DNA of 55,067 bases, filler included, from Trypethelium eluteriae (Eukaryota): NCBI GenBank assembly GCA_051942245.1. It is 2 parts of 2 records of this genome, joined end to end, with 100 filler letters (N's around TTAATTAATTAA, not from the genome) between each part and the next. Parts side by side here need not be neighbours in the genome. Positions count along the whole stretch, not along the records: positions 1 to 27,492 come from JAVECL010000334.1; positions 27,593 to 55,067 come from JAVECL010000335.1. The stretch is one strand, 5' to 3'. A model generated the notes under the pieces. That model was not told where the DNA came from. It saw only the letters and a list, made by a program, of their open reading frames with translations, and searched no databases. The translations under genes were made by a program, and so were the position numbers. Positions within the stretch are counted from its first letter, which is position 1; every line of letters starts with the position of its first letter. Shown in pieces: positions 22,654-33,994 of this stretch.

Positions 22654-25600
22654 TTAGCCCTCTTTGTCCTCGCGCGCAACGCCGATCTTGCCTGTCTCGA
22701 GTAGGAAATTCACAATTTCTTCGTGCCCTTCGATCGCAGCCCACCACAACAACGTTCGGCCGTCACTATCCATCAATTCCAAGTCAAATTTGCCCATCCT
22801 AAGTAGCAACTTCACCATTGCTAAGTCTCCGCTCTTCACGGCCTGGAACACATCAATGTTGACAGTAGTCTTCTCTTTCAATAGCTGTATCACCGCCTCA
22901 TGCTCATTCTCTGCGGCAAACAATAATGGCGTCCATCCATTGCAATCTTTGTTGTTTACATCGACATTCTTCGCAAGCAGTTGTTTAACTATCGCTGTTT
23001 GTCCTTTCTCTGCCGCATATGACAACGGCGTTCGTCTACCTTTGTAACGCGGCTTGAACATGGCTTCGGGTTTGATGCCTTCTGGTTCGGCGCCCTCCTC
23101 CAGCAGTAGCTGTACCACCGCCTCATGTCCATTCGCTGCGGCAAGTAGTAATGGGGTCCGTTCAACGGCATCTTTGTCGTCTACATCGACACTACTCGCA
23201 ATGAGGTGTCTAGATGACTCCGGCGCTCGTGCGAAACAATATCGTGGAACAAAAAATATTGGCTTCTGTCGATAGTGAGCTTTGTGATCTATGTCTGCAC
23301 CCTTAGAAAGCAACCGCTTGACTATCGCCGCATGTCCGCAGTTTGCCGCAAATGACAATGGTGTTCCATGAACGATGAAGTCCGCAGTGACTATGCTCTG
23401 TTGATCGGCACCCTGCGCGATTGACTGTAGTCTTCTAGGAGGGCGTGGCATAGTGGCCATGCACTCTGGGTCGGTACATCGCGCAATTGACTTTGGTCTT
23501 CTACGATCGTTGGGGTCCAAAGTGGCTATGCACTCTCGGTCGGCACCCTTCGCGAGCAATTGCTCCACTACTGCTTCACGCCCGTTCGCTGCAGCCCATG
23601 TTAGCAGCGTCCAGCCTTCTTGGGTCCTACACTCAAGGTCGACAGCATTGCTCGCGAGAAGCTGTCTGACCACCGCATCATGACCGTTCTCCATTGCCCA
23701 ATGCAGTGGTGTGCGTCCTGTTGTATCTTGAGAGTTTGGCTCGATACCTCCAACCTTCGCAAGCAGTATCTCCACTATCGCCTCGTGCCCTTTCGCTGCA
23801 GCGTGTGATAGTGGTGTATGGCCCACGTTGTCCCTGCTATTCACACCGATATCGTCTCTCGCAAGAAGCAGCTTCACCACGGCCTCATGTCCGTTCACTG
23901 CAGCGCTTGACAGTGGCGTCTGACCCATATTGTCCTTGTTATTCACACCAGTATCGTCTCTCGCAACCAGCAGCTCCATCACTGCCTCGTGCCCGTTTAC
24001 TGCAGCACTTAGTAGTGGTGTCTGACCGAATTTGTCTTCATGGCTTGGGCTGACGCCCTTCTTTACCAGCAACAATTCAGCCACGTGGTCCCGACCGCCC
24101 CATGCTGCCCACCACAATGGTGTGCGACCGTAAATATCTTCAGAGTCAGGATTGACGCTGTCCATTCTAAGCAGCGTCTCCACTATCGCTGCGTGTCCAT
24201 TCTCCGCGGCCCACGATAACGGTGATCTTCCGTATCTCCTATCCTTTAGATCCAAATCTGTGAATACTTGCAGTGTAGATGGCAAGACTGCGAGAATCCC
24301 GAAGTATGCAATAATGTGTAATTTGGAGAACGACTCGAAAAGGTGTCTCGTATCGCACTTTTCACTAAAAGAGGCATAAAAGTAATGTTGGTCCCAATAA
24401 CGCTTCCACAGGTCCAAAGAAAGGTACTTTTCTGCCAATTCAACTGTAGGTCCTTTTTCCCGGTTGGATTTCCGAAGGTGATGGCCCCAGTGACAGGCTG
24501 CGTATGTCAACAGAGGGTAGAGCAGGACTATTTCTTTGGGCTTAGCGAAAGGTTTTTTCGTTTGTGTGAGAGATTGAAACATGAGATATGTAAGACAGCT
24601 ACGGGCCAAAGACTCGTGTCCCTTTGTCAACGTCTGCTCAAAAATTTTGCGCTGTTTTGTAAAGTACTCGTGTAAGTGCAAGTGGAAGAGACGAACGGTA
24701 GAAGTCTCATTGTCGATTTTTGCTAGACCCAGGCAGCAGTCAAGAAAGCTGTCTCGGTCTAGGAAATTGTCTCGATTCAGATCGTTGTCGTTCTCCTCTA
24801 CCGCAAGTGCACTAAGCAGCTCGTCTACTTTGAGAGGCCGTTCAGCAAGATGTATCCACGTCAGGATTCGGGTTGCATTCTTTTCGATTCTCTTTGAGCA
24901 TTCAATTCTTCGCATCATTGCGTCAAATGTCTTGTAAAGGCTCGACTCTAATGAGTTGAGTTTATGTCGTCGGGCGGCCCTCGTTTCTTCACCAAGGATA
25001 AGGTCGATGTGAAGTACAGGTAAGAGGAATCTGCTACGAAGTTAACATATAATCAGATCCAGCGCAAAAGCCATGCACAGACACTCCACCGTATACATCC
25101 AGTAGTTTCCGAACAATCTCTTCTTTCAGATGACAGTCCATAATACTGGGTCTGTCTTTCTGGTCATCTTCAATTCTCCATTCCACAAATGCTCGAACAT
25201 CAGATAGGCGAGCCTCAAGAAGAATTGCATATGGGTTTAGTCCACATCCATAGAGCATGAACTCGATATGTGGACGGGAAGTACAGACCAGTCGGACAGA
25301 GGGGACCCTTGATTGAGCGCGGTTGAAGTAGCTCAAAAGACCCTTTAGGTCATTGCACTCGTCGAGCGCATCGACGCAGATGAACGTTCGTGTGAAAGCT
25401 TCACATGCTTCATAGAACATCGCCATCATTTGCGCAATTGGAGGCCCTTCGTGTTTATAATTGCTCCAAACCTCTTCAACCAATCTGGGAATTGTGGGCA
25501 GAGGCATGAGAAGCTGTTTAATAAAAGCACCAATGACATTTCCCGTGGTCTGGTTCTTCTGATCGTTGGAATCCAGATACATGTAGGCCAATCCTATCTC

Positions 25601-27178
25601 TGGAGAGCCTTTGCTTTCTCTTCTCAGTTCATCAACGAGAACCGACCTAGAAAGATCAGTTGAAGCCTTTTCTGCATGTCATCCTACCTACATAGATATC
25701 GTCTTCCCCGCACCGGGAGATCCAAACGCGCAGAGGGCAAAATGCTCAGACGGAGCTGAGCTCCATTCAAGAAACTTTTCCAGTAGTAATCCACCAGTAC
25801 CAGATACTTTGCGAGCTTCACAAACGTCTTCCTGCTTCTTCCAAGGCTCGAGAGGAGAGAGCCACGCGAAAAGTGCTGCGTTGTGCTGAACTGAGATAAT
25901 GTTAGGAATGTCATAGATTGCAATAAAGAGCCGTACATTGTTGGTGGCTTGATGACACATTAATCTTTTCTCCGATTATGTCCATTCTGGTTTTTACTGT
26001 TGAGATATCTTTTTGGACGTCTGTCATGGCCGTATGAAGTTTAGTAATTATTAATATGTCAGCTCCTACGGTTCTCCAGACCCACCAGATAGTACATCGA
26101 CAATCTTCTTTTCAGCTTCGATCTTGTTCGGCGGAATTCGGTAGAGAAGATCTCTCGTGTACGCAGCCGCAGCCATTGCTGCATATCCTTGCCACTCTTT
26201 GTTCTTGTGGGAGTCTGAATAGTCGCATATACCACGAATAACTAGACAAGGAAAATGATTCATTAGTCCGGCGGCTTCCATTTCAAAGCATAAAACATTT
26301 TGATCCGCAGCAAGTTTATCTCGAGCCAAAGCGTCCTTCATTAACTGATTTGATGAAGCGATCAAGCCGTAATGAATCGCTAAATTATCGTCTTCAATCC
26401 GCTCAAGTCGCGAGACCAACTTTGACAACTCATTACCACAGCTTAGCCTACAATCCTCTTCTGTTGGAGGATGTACAACTCCGGCCTGATACAGTCTGTC
26501 GGTACTTAACTCTGGTCGTGAGTATTTTTTCGCCAACCTTGGTCTCTTCTTTAAGATATTGACAATATCCTCTTCGAGTTTATGACCCTCAACTTCATAA
26601 TGAGCCTTAAGTCCATTGACTGCTGTTCGTAAAAAAGTTGGTGGCTGATTTAGAAATCCCTTAACTTGAAATTCCTGCTCTTGAATTGTTTTACCAAAGT
26701 CATATTGGAATACGCCACCTTTTCCCTCACGAGGGGTGCTAACCACAATATCACCTAGACGGATATCATGCTTAGCACTTGGTGCACCGCCGCCAATACC
26801 AACCATCAACCCAGCCCTAATATTTGGAAAGCTATAAAGCATGTCTCTTGCAACGCTTGTTGCAGCAGATATTCCGTATTCGCCATCGGGCAGGACAGCG
26901 ATGACGATATTGTGTTTTCCCATCCTCCCCAGTGTGTAATCGTTGTTGTCGTGCTGGTGTGTGTATTTTGGGCCCTCATGTTTTGCGTCGAGAAAGACTT
27001 GAGCGGCCACATACTCCGTGTAGATAGCGCTAATCCAGCCCACGGTGTAATCTCCGTTTTCTAGTACCTGTTGGGAGTCTCCTATCGGGATAATTTCTGA
27101 GGCTCCATTTCTTGGGATTTTGGAATGCTCGCAGGTGGCGACATCACTATCCTTGCCAGCAAGTGCTTGCTTGGACAT
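22654..27178 (-). CDS. Fungal NLR-like STAND protein: PNP_UDP nucleoside-phosphorylase effector + NACHT + winged helix + ankyrin repeats, 5 exons
   Basis: [67 protein letters not shown]: Walker A GSPGAGKT, Walker [24 protein letters not shown]. About a dozen ankyrin repeats (G.TPL..AA.NGH.AVV.LLL). Four GT-AG introns can be placed that keep one frame. Confidence 0.92.
23386..23555 (-). repeat. Three degenerate tandem copies (66-69 nt period) inserted in the ankyrin array
   Basis: Plus-strand copies start at 23386 (agtgactatgctctgttgatcggcaccctgcgcg), 23452 (agtggccatgcactctgggtcggtacatcgcgc) and 23521 (agtggctatgcactctcggtcggcacccttcgcg). Confidence 0.75.
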
Positions 27179-27492
27179 GTCAATGTCACTTTGAAGGTGA
27201 TACTGGGATCCAATTTAGCGGTCGAGGGCGGCTAGACTGTCTTGGTGATGATGTTCATGATGTTCTTCATGAAGTTGATCCAATCAACCTAGCCTACCGC
27301 GTAATCTCGCTATGCTCTACACGAGGGTCAATGCGCGAGATTCTCGAACCTACTACGTAGGTCCTCATTTTACTAGTTAATTAGGTTTTTACTGTCCTCA
27401 ATTTCGATGAGGTTTATATAGAGCCCTTACCTCAGGTTACACAGAGAAATTAATCGAGTCCTTTTCTCCGAAAACGGTGTCTAACATCATCA

Positions 27493-27592
27493 NNNNNNNN
27501 NNNNNNNNNNNNNNNNNNNNNNNNNNNNNNNNNNNNTTAATTAATTAANNNNNNNNNNNNNNNNNNNNNNNNNNNNNNNNNNNNNNNNNNNN
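27493..27592. other. Artificial contig/scaffold linker: 44 N + TTAATTAATTAA + 44 N
   Basis: Exactly 100 nt, symmetric, and the 12-mer places stop codons in all six frames, the usual design of a pseudomolecule spacer. Confidence 0.95.
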
Positions 27593-28850
27593 GGGGGAGG
27601 TGAAGGATTTGGTGGGGAGGCGGTCGGAGAGTTTGCCTGTTTGGGAACACTGTCAGTACGAAGATTACATTTAGTAAAAGCTTTTTGGGCTGGAGCAGCA
27701 TACGTTTCAGTGGGTTGGAAGTTGGGCTAACCGCCGAGCCAGGCGGCTGGTCCCAGGCTGTGTTTGTGATTGACTCAAACACTGCTGTCGTTGGCTTTTC
27801 GCCGTTGCCAAGGGCCAAATCAGACCACTCGGGAGGCACAACCCCATCTGCGCTAGCTCTTCTTCCGCGTGAGAATCCGTAGGCATCTTCCACTAAGCCT
27901 CGCATACGCTCGTTTGTTGCAAGCGAGACCAGAGCTAGCATATCGCCTAAGTTCGCATTCGGCTGTAGCAACGCATGCGACTTTGCGCTGACCATCCCCG
28001 CACCGTTCTGTCCGCCCATTACTGTACTGTTCGGGTGATATGGGGATGCCTGTGAGTGGGGAAGGTTTTGTATCGGGTCGAATAGGCCAGTCATATCTAG
28101 CTGAACACCGTTTTCATAAGCTCGTTGACGGAGCTTATGCCGAACGACATTAAGCAGGAGAAATGAGCTCCGTAAATGGTCCTGTGTTTCCTCCGCATGT
28201 GCGCGTGCCGCGGTCTCATGTTTCCTCTTTAGGCCCCTATCGATAGCTTCTTGCGATTGTGTAGGCTGGCTCGATGGTCCACTGCCTTGCCATGCGGGAT
28301 GCCCAGTCATGCTCTGGGATAATTGTGTGAAGCTCGTATTTGGTGAGAGCGTCGTTGATGTAGTTGTTGTTCCAAATGATTCATTCTGATACCCGAAATT
28401 TCTGACATTTCGAAAAGTATTTGCAAGGTACTCCTCTTCTGCTGAAACGTCAACCCCGGCATCGTTAATCACGTCCTGAAGTTTGTTGACATCGGTGACC
28501 TTGTCGGACTTAAGTACTTCCTCGCCATCATGTGGGATGGGTTGTGGAGGTGGTCCCATGGAGCCCTGTCTTGGCTTCAAGTCGCCATTCTGCAGATCGT
28601 GCATTGGTTGTGGCTGGTGGAAAGGCTGAGGGAGGGGCTTTGGCAATGGAGTTGGGAGTGTAAGGCCGCCCCCGCCATACGTTGGAGATACCCCGTTCAT
28701 TGAATGAGATGATCGAGGATCTGGAGAGAGACGTAGTTTCTTTGCAGGTGGAATATGGATGCCGCCGCCGATAGGAGAGTTCGTTGTAGGTGATGGCGAT
28801 TGCGAACTGGGGTAAGGAGAATAGGGTCGCGAGGTGCCTTGTTGCGCCAT
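27593..28850 (-). CDS. TAF4: TFIID subunit 4 (TAF4), 3'-truncated by the gap
   Basis: P/Q-rich N-terminus, DVNKLQDVINDAGVDVSAEEEYL, histone-fold segment LALVSLATNERMRGLVEDAYGFSRGRR, GVVPPEWSDLA. Intron at ~27637-27703. Confidence 0.8.
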
Positions 28851-29494
28851 TTTGTAGAATGTGAGAGATAGCTCTTATGAGCTCCTTTCTTTTCAACACT
28901 TCTTCAATCTATACACGCTTCGCTCGGGCAAGCACGCGACGAAGCGCGGCGAGCCGGAAAAGGTGCGAGCTACCTCATGTGAGTTTGCTCCTCGTTTGCG
29001 ATCCGAGACTCCTTACTGAGACCAAACAGGCTCACCCACAGCAACTGTCCGATCGATTTGCGATGGAAAATCGAGAGTCTGTAGTTGTAAAGCGTACAAC
29101 AGAGGATGGGTCGAGATGAGGGTAATTCTTCGGGGCAGATGCTGGAGTGGTTGGTGGAGGAAGTGAGGTCAGAGATAGCGAGGTCGCAGCGAAAGGGTCA
29201 CGTGCCATCAGGGCCCTGAGATCGGCACTGAGGCTCACGCAACTTTCTGAATGCCACCCCTTTACTCCGTACGTTCGACAGTTGACCTCCTCCTAACCTT
29301 ATCTGCAATTGCTCACGGACTCGTCGTATCGCAGTCTCACACGGAAGAAAAGACTCCCTTCCGAAGACGCGCGATCACTTCAAGTATTTGATGGTCGTTC
29401 TTGCAGTCGACAAGACTCGAGATCAGGCCCCGTCACTCCACACGCCACAACTTGGAATGGAAGTAGCTCAATAAGAGGAAGTGGTACGGCAATC

Positions 29495-32400
29495 ATGGCG
29501 ATGAAGAGAAAAGCCGGCGCACTTGCGCCTGAGGACGATGAGCCTGTGGATCCCTCGGACGAGCTCCAGTTTCATTGCCTGGGTGGAGGCAACGAAGTGG
29601 GCCGTTCCTGCCATATTGTACAATATAAGGGCAAGACTGTAATGGTAAGAGAGACGAGGCGTTTTGTCAAGATGGAAATGCTAACGCGACTTATAGCTTG
29701 ATGCTGGAATGCACCCAGCACATGAGGGTATCTCAGCTCTGCCATTTTACGATGACTTTGATCTCAGCACCGTAGACGTTTTACTTATCAGCCAGTAGGT
29801 TGGACCTTCTACTTGAATATCTCATACATTCTGCTCTCAAGAAAGAGATAGGGCTAAGGTACATCGGCGCGAAGGCTTTTTGATCATTTGAGATCATCTA
29901 TTGTTGACTCTTTCCCTCGACTCATCTCTGGTTTTCACCATGACCACTACATGTACACAGATATCAATGGAATACAACATTTTGCTGAGCTTTCCCCTTG
30001 CTACCTCCTGGTGACTGCTCGTAGACGCCGTCAGTGCATGTTATTTCGCCTAGTTTGTTGATGTACCTAGCCCTACTATCCACTTATGTTTATCTATGTA
30101 TCTTTTGCATATGAACTCAATACTGATACGGTATCGGCAGTTTCCACCTCGATCACGCAGCCTCACTTCCCTACGTTCTCTCCAAAACCAACTTTCGTGG
30201 ACGAGTCTTCATGACGCATCCCACTAAAGCAATCTACAAATGGCTTATGCAAGACATGGTTCGGGTCCAAAATACTCACTCATCTTCCGAGCTACATACC
30301 CAGCTCTTCACCGAATCGGATCACTTGGCCACCTTCCCCATGATTGAAGCAATCGACTACCATACTACCCACACGATATCCAGCATTCGAATCACCCCGT
30401 ATCCAGCTGGCCACGTCCTCGGTGGGGCAATGTACCTTCTTAATATCTCAGATCTAAATATCTTATTCACCGGTGACTACAGTCGGGAGCTTGATCGGCA
30501 TTTGATCCCCGCCGAGGTGCCTCGAGGTGTCAAAGTCGATGTACTCATCACTGAGAGTACCTACGGAATCGCCAGCCATGTCCCTCGACAAGAAAGGGAA
30601 GCCGCACTGATGAAGAGCGTCACTAGTGTATTGAGTCGAGGTGGACGCGCTCTTATGCCAGTTTTCGCTCTTGGTAGAGCACAGGAGCTATTGCTAATTT
30701 TAGATGAATACTGGCAGAAGCACCCCGAGTATCAAAAGATGCCAATCTACTATGCTTCCAATCTTGCGCGGAAGTGCATGGTTGTCTACCAAACCTACAT
30801 TCACAGCATGAACGATAACATCAATCGATTGTTTCAGGAACGGATGAAAGAGGCCAAAGATCAGGGTGATATTTCTGGAGCTGCGGGTCCATGGGATTTT
30901 CGCTACATTCGCTCGCTACGAAGCCTCGACAGGTTTGAAGATATCGGCCCCTGCGTCATGCTTGCATCGCCAGGCATGTTGCAATCCGGTGTATCCCGTG
31001 AACTTCTGGAGCGATGGGCTCCTGATCAACGAAACGGCGTGATCATTACTGGTTACAGTGTAGAAGGTACAATGGGAAAACTGATTGTGCAGGAGCCGGA
31101 CGAGATACAAGCTATCATGACCGCCCCCCGGAATCAGACAAGGGGCCTACAGAGAGGCCCGGGAAGAAAAGAAGGCGAGCAAGTGATGGTGCCACGGCGA
31201 TGCACAGTTCAAGAATTCCAGTTCGCAGCACATGTGGATGGAGTCGAAAACAAGCAATTCATTGATGAGGTTGCGGCGCCTGTCGTGGTAAGTCTTTTGT
31301 TTCTAGCATCATGTTCACGCAGGAATTGACTTTTGGTGACACAGATTCTTGTTCACGGAGAGAAATCCAACATGATGCGTCTCAAGTCTCGTCTTCTCGC
31401 GGATAATGCCAAAAAGACAACACCGACTAAAGTCTTCTCGCCCGCCAACACTGAAGTCTTAAAGATCCCCTTTCGAAAAGAAAAGACAGCGAAAGTTGTA
31501 GGTAAACTTGCGAATGACATTTCACCACTGGCAATTAAGAACGAAACAACCAATGGGGACGAGGATGGTCTTGGATTGGACGCGAGACAACATGCCCAAC
31601 TTATGAGTGGTGTTTTAGTTCAGAATGACTTCAAATTGAGTTTGATGGCACCGGAGGACTTGAGAGAATACGCAGGCCTTACGACAACCACGCTCACTTG
31701 TCGGCAGCGCCTCACTCTTAGTGCTGCAGGTATAGACTTGATCAAATGGGCTCTTGAGGGTACCTTTGGGGCTGTCAGAGAGATAATAACGGATCCGAAG
31801 AAAGAAGATGGTGTGAACGGGGACGCTGGGATGAACGGCAATGGTCACGGGAAGGAAGAAGATGCGGACGAAGAGATCGATCGCACTATCACCAGCTTCG
31901 AAATCATGGGCTGCGTAACTGTCCATGTCCTCCCGGGCGGAAAGATCGAAGTTGAATGGGAAGGCAACATGATGAACGATGGCATCGCTGATGCTGTCCT
32001 TGCCGTCCTCTTCACCGTCGAGACCAGCCCCGCCGCCGTAAAGCGTAAGTGCTCCCTCATTACCTCGCTCTCACGCCACTTTTACTAATGCTACCCTCGT
32101 AGAGTCCTCCCAGCATTGCAACCACAACCACAATTCGCACAACCCCAAAAGCAACAATCACAATCCTCACGCCCACCTTTCCGCGCGCGACCGCTTCACC
32201 CGTCTGTGCATGTTCCTCGAAGCCCAATTCGGCTCCTCGATCACGCCGCTGGAGCATCCTCGCCTCTTATCCCCAGACACTAAAGCGAAAATCAACTCAG
32301 AGATGGAAGAGGAGCACGACGAGGTGGCAGAGGCAAAGGAACTGGCCCGGCTGCACGCGCTGGGGATTCCCGTGCCTGGGCTGGAGGTTCGGGTTGACGG

Positions 32401-32524
32401 AAACGTGGCACGGGTCTGGTTGGAGGGGTTGGAGGTTGAATGCGAAAGCAAAGTGTTCCGGGAGCGGGTGCGCAGTGTGGTTGACCGGGCGGTGGAGACG
32501 GTCGCACCATTGTGGGTGGCATAA
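29495..32524 (+). CDS. YSH1: Pre-mRNA 3'-end endonuclease Ysh1/CPSF73 (metallo-beta-lactamase/beta-CASP), 5 exons
   Basis: [88 protein letters not shown] and CPSF73 C-terminal domain. Introns at 29645-29696, 29795-30140, 31288-31344 and ~32045-32103. Confidence 0.96.
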
Positions 32525-33133
32525 GGAATAGATCTAGAGAGAAAGGGATAGAGGAGAAGGCGCAGATAGGACGGATGTGGCTGATGTTCGCTGCATGTAT
32601 TAGTACCTACCATTAAGGTGGCTAGATAGCACCCAACCCCAGCTTTCTGCATAGCAAACCAAACAGATCTTAGGTTAACTCCAAACTTATAGTCGATCCT
32701 TCCATCCCAAATTTGTGTGTATGTACAAGGTCAGTAAGGTCTTATGGTTAGGACCAAAAATGGAGCCAAACCCAGCGGGATTAGCAAACGTCTTTTCTGC
32801 CTGTGACGCTTGACTTGTCCTGGCTTCTTAAGAGTGGGAGGTTTGATACCCTGTCCCAATCACAATGCAAGTGAAATGAAGCAGGCGAAAAACAGAATAT
32901 GTCAATCTTCTCGTATAAGAGATGGGTATTTATGCCGCTTCCCATGCCAGCTCATTTCCTTTGCCACATTTTTCATCTCAACTTGATCGTAACACCATGT
33001 CTTCTAGTCTTGCTGGCGACCTTGATCTTGTATGCACACTTTCAGAGATCATCTCACCATGATAGCTCGTAATCATCACCTTTCTGACCTGCGACACTGG
33101 TTACTTCCTTTCACTCTGTAGGATGTACGGTTC

Positions 33134-33726
33134 TTATTTGGCGGCAGCCTTGGCCAAGTCGGCAAGAGCCTCACGACGCTTGTATTTGCCATCTTGAATA
33201 ACGCCTGCAGAGCCATTAGCTTGTTTGATTTGATCGACTACAAGCCCGGATTCATGGATAGCATACCAGCATCAGCGTCACTCGAGAAGTTCCCGCTCCA
33301 CTGAACATAGGTATGACCTTCATGCTTGCCGCTCGTTACAGGAAAGCAGCGCACTGTACTAACAACGGACGAGTAGGTGAGCGCAGGCTGAGAGGTGATG
33401 ACGGAGTAAGTGATGTAGTGGTCGATTGCCTATCCGAAACACCAGCAACGTTAGCTTTTGGTCTCATGGGATTCCTTCTGTAGATAGTGTCTAGAATCAC
33501 GCACCGAATGCTCCTCTTGCTTTACCTCCAATTCGGTCCCATCTGTGAACTTCCACTTCACAATATCTGTCTCCGAACTGGCACCTTTGACATAGTCTGC
33601 GGATTGGATGGCGGACCAAAACTTGTCGAACTCTTGGATCTTGATGAGATGCCAGACTTTGCTTAGTGGCGCCTCAATGACAGTAGATTCAAGGACAGAA
33701 GTCGAAGTTGGGATGTTCGATGCCAT
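33134..33726 (-). CDS. Bet v1/SRPBCC (polyketide-cyclase-like) small protein, 3 exons
   Basis: VLESTVIEAPLSKVWHLIK...KQEEHS / AIDHYITYSVITSQPALTYSSVVSTVRCFPVTSG...VQWSGNFSSDADA / GVIQDGKYKRREALADLAKAAAK*. Confidence 0.85.
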
Positions 33727-33994
33727 TTTTGTAGTTCAGGTATTGACGAGATGAAATTGAATTGGCTCAGGAGTTTGAAATTGACAACTTTTGTACATGT
33801 GGGGCAATTTTTTCCCATACAAATAGTGCGGCTGGGATGAGTTCGTGGGGCTATAGCAGTGACGTATGCGGGGTGACAAAACAAGCAGAACCAGGTGAGA
33901 ACAGTACCATAAAGTACTGCTTCCGGCATAAAGAGAATTTTGCTCTGTGAAATAACACCTTCAACACTTATATCCTCATTCAGCTATCTCTTGT

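Noticed and set aside
26020..26085. Apparent broken splice acceptor in NLR intron 1 (possible pseudogene)
   Set aside because: A downstream acceptor (atgacag|AC GTC CAA) restores the frame, so the gene can be intact.
27537..27548. TTAATTAATTAA as a palindromic site or transposon target
   Set aside because: It is centred in symmetric N runs and is an assembly spacer.
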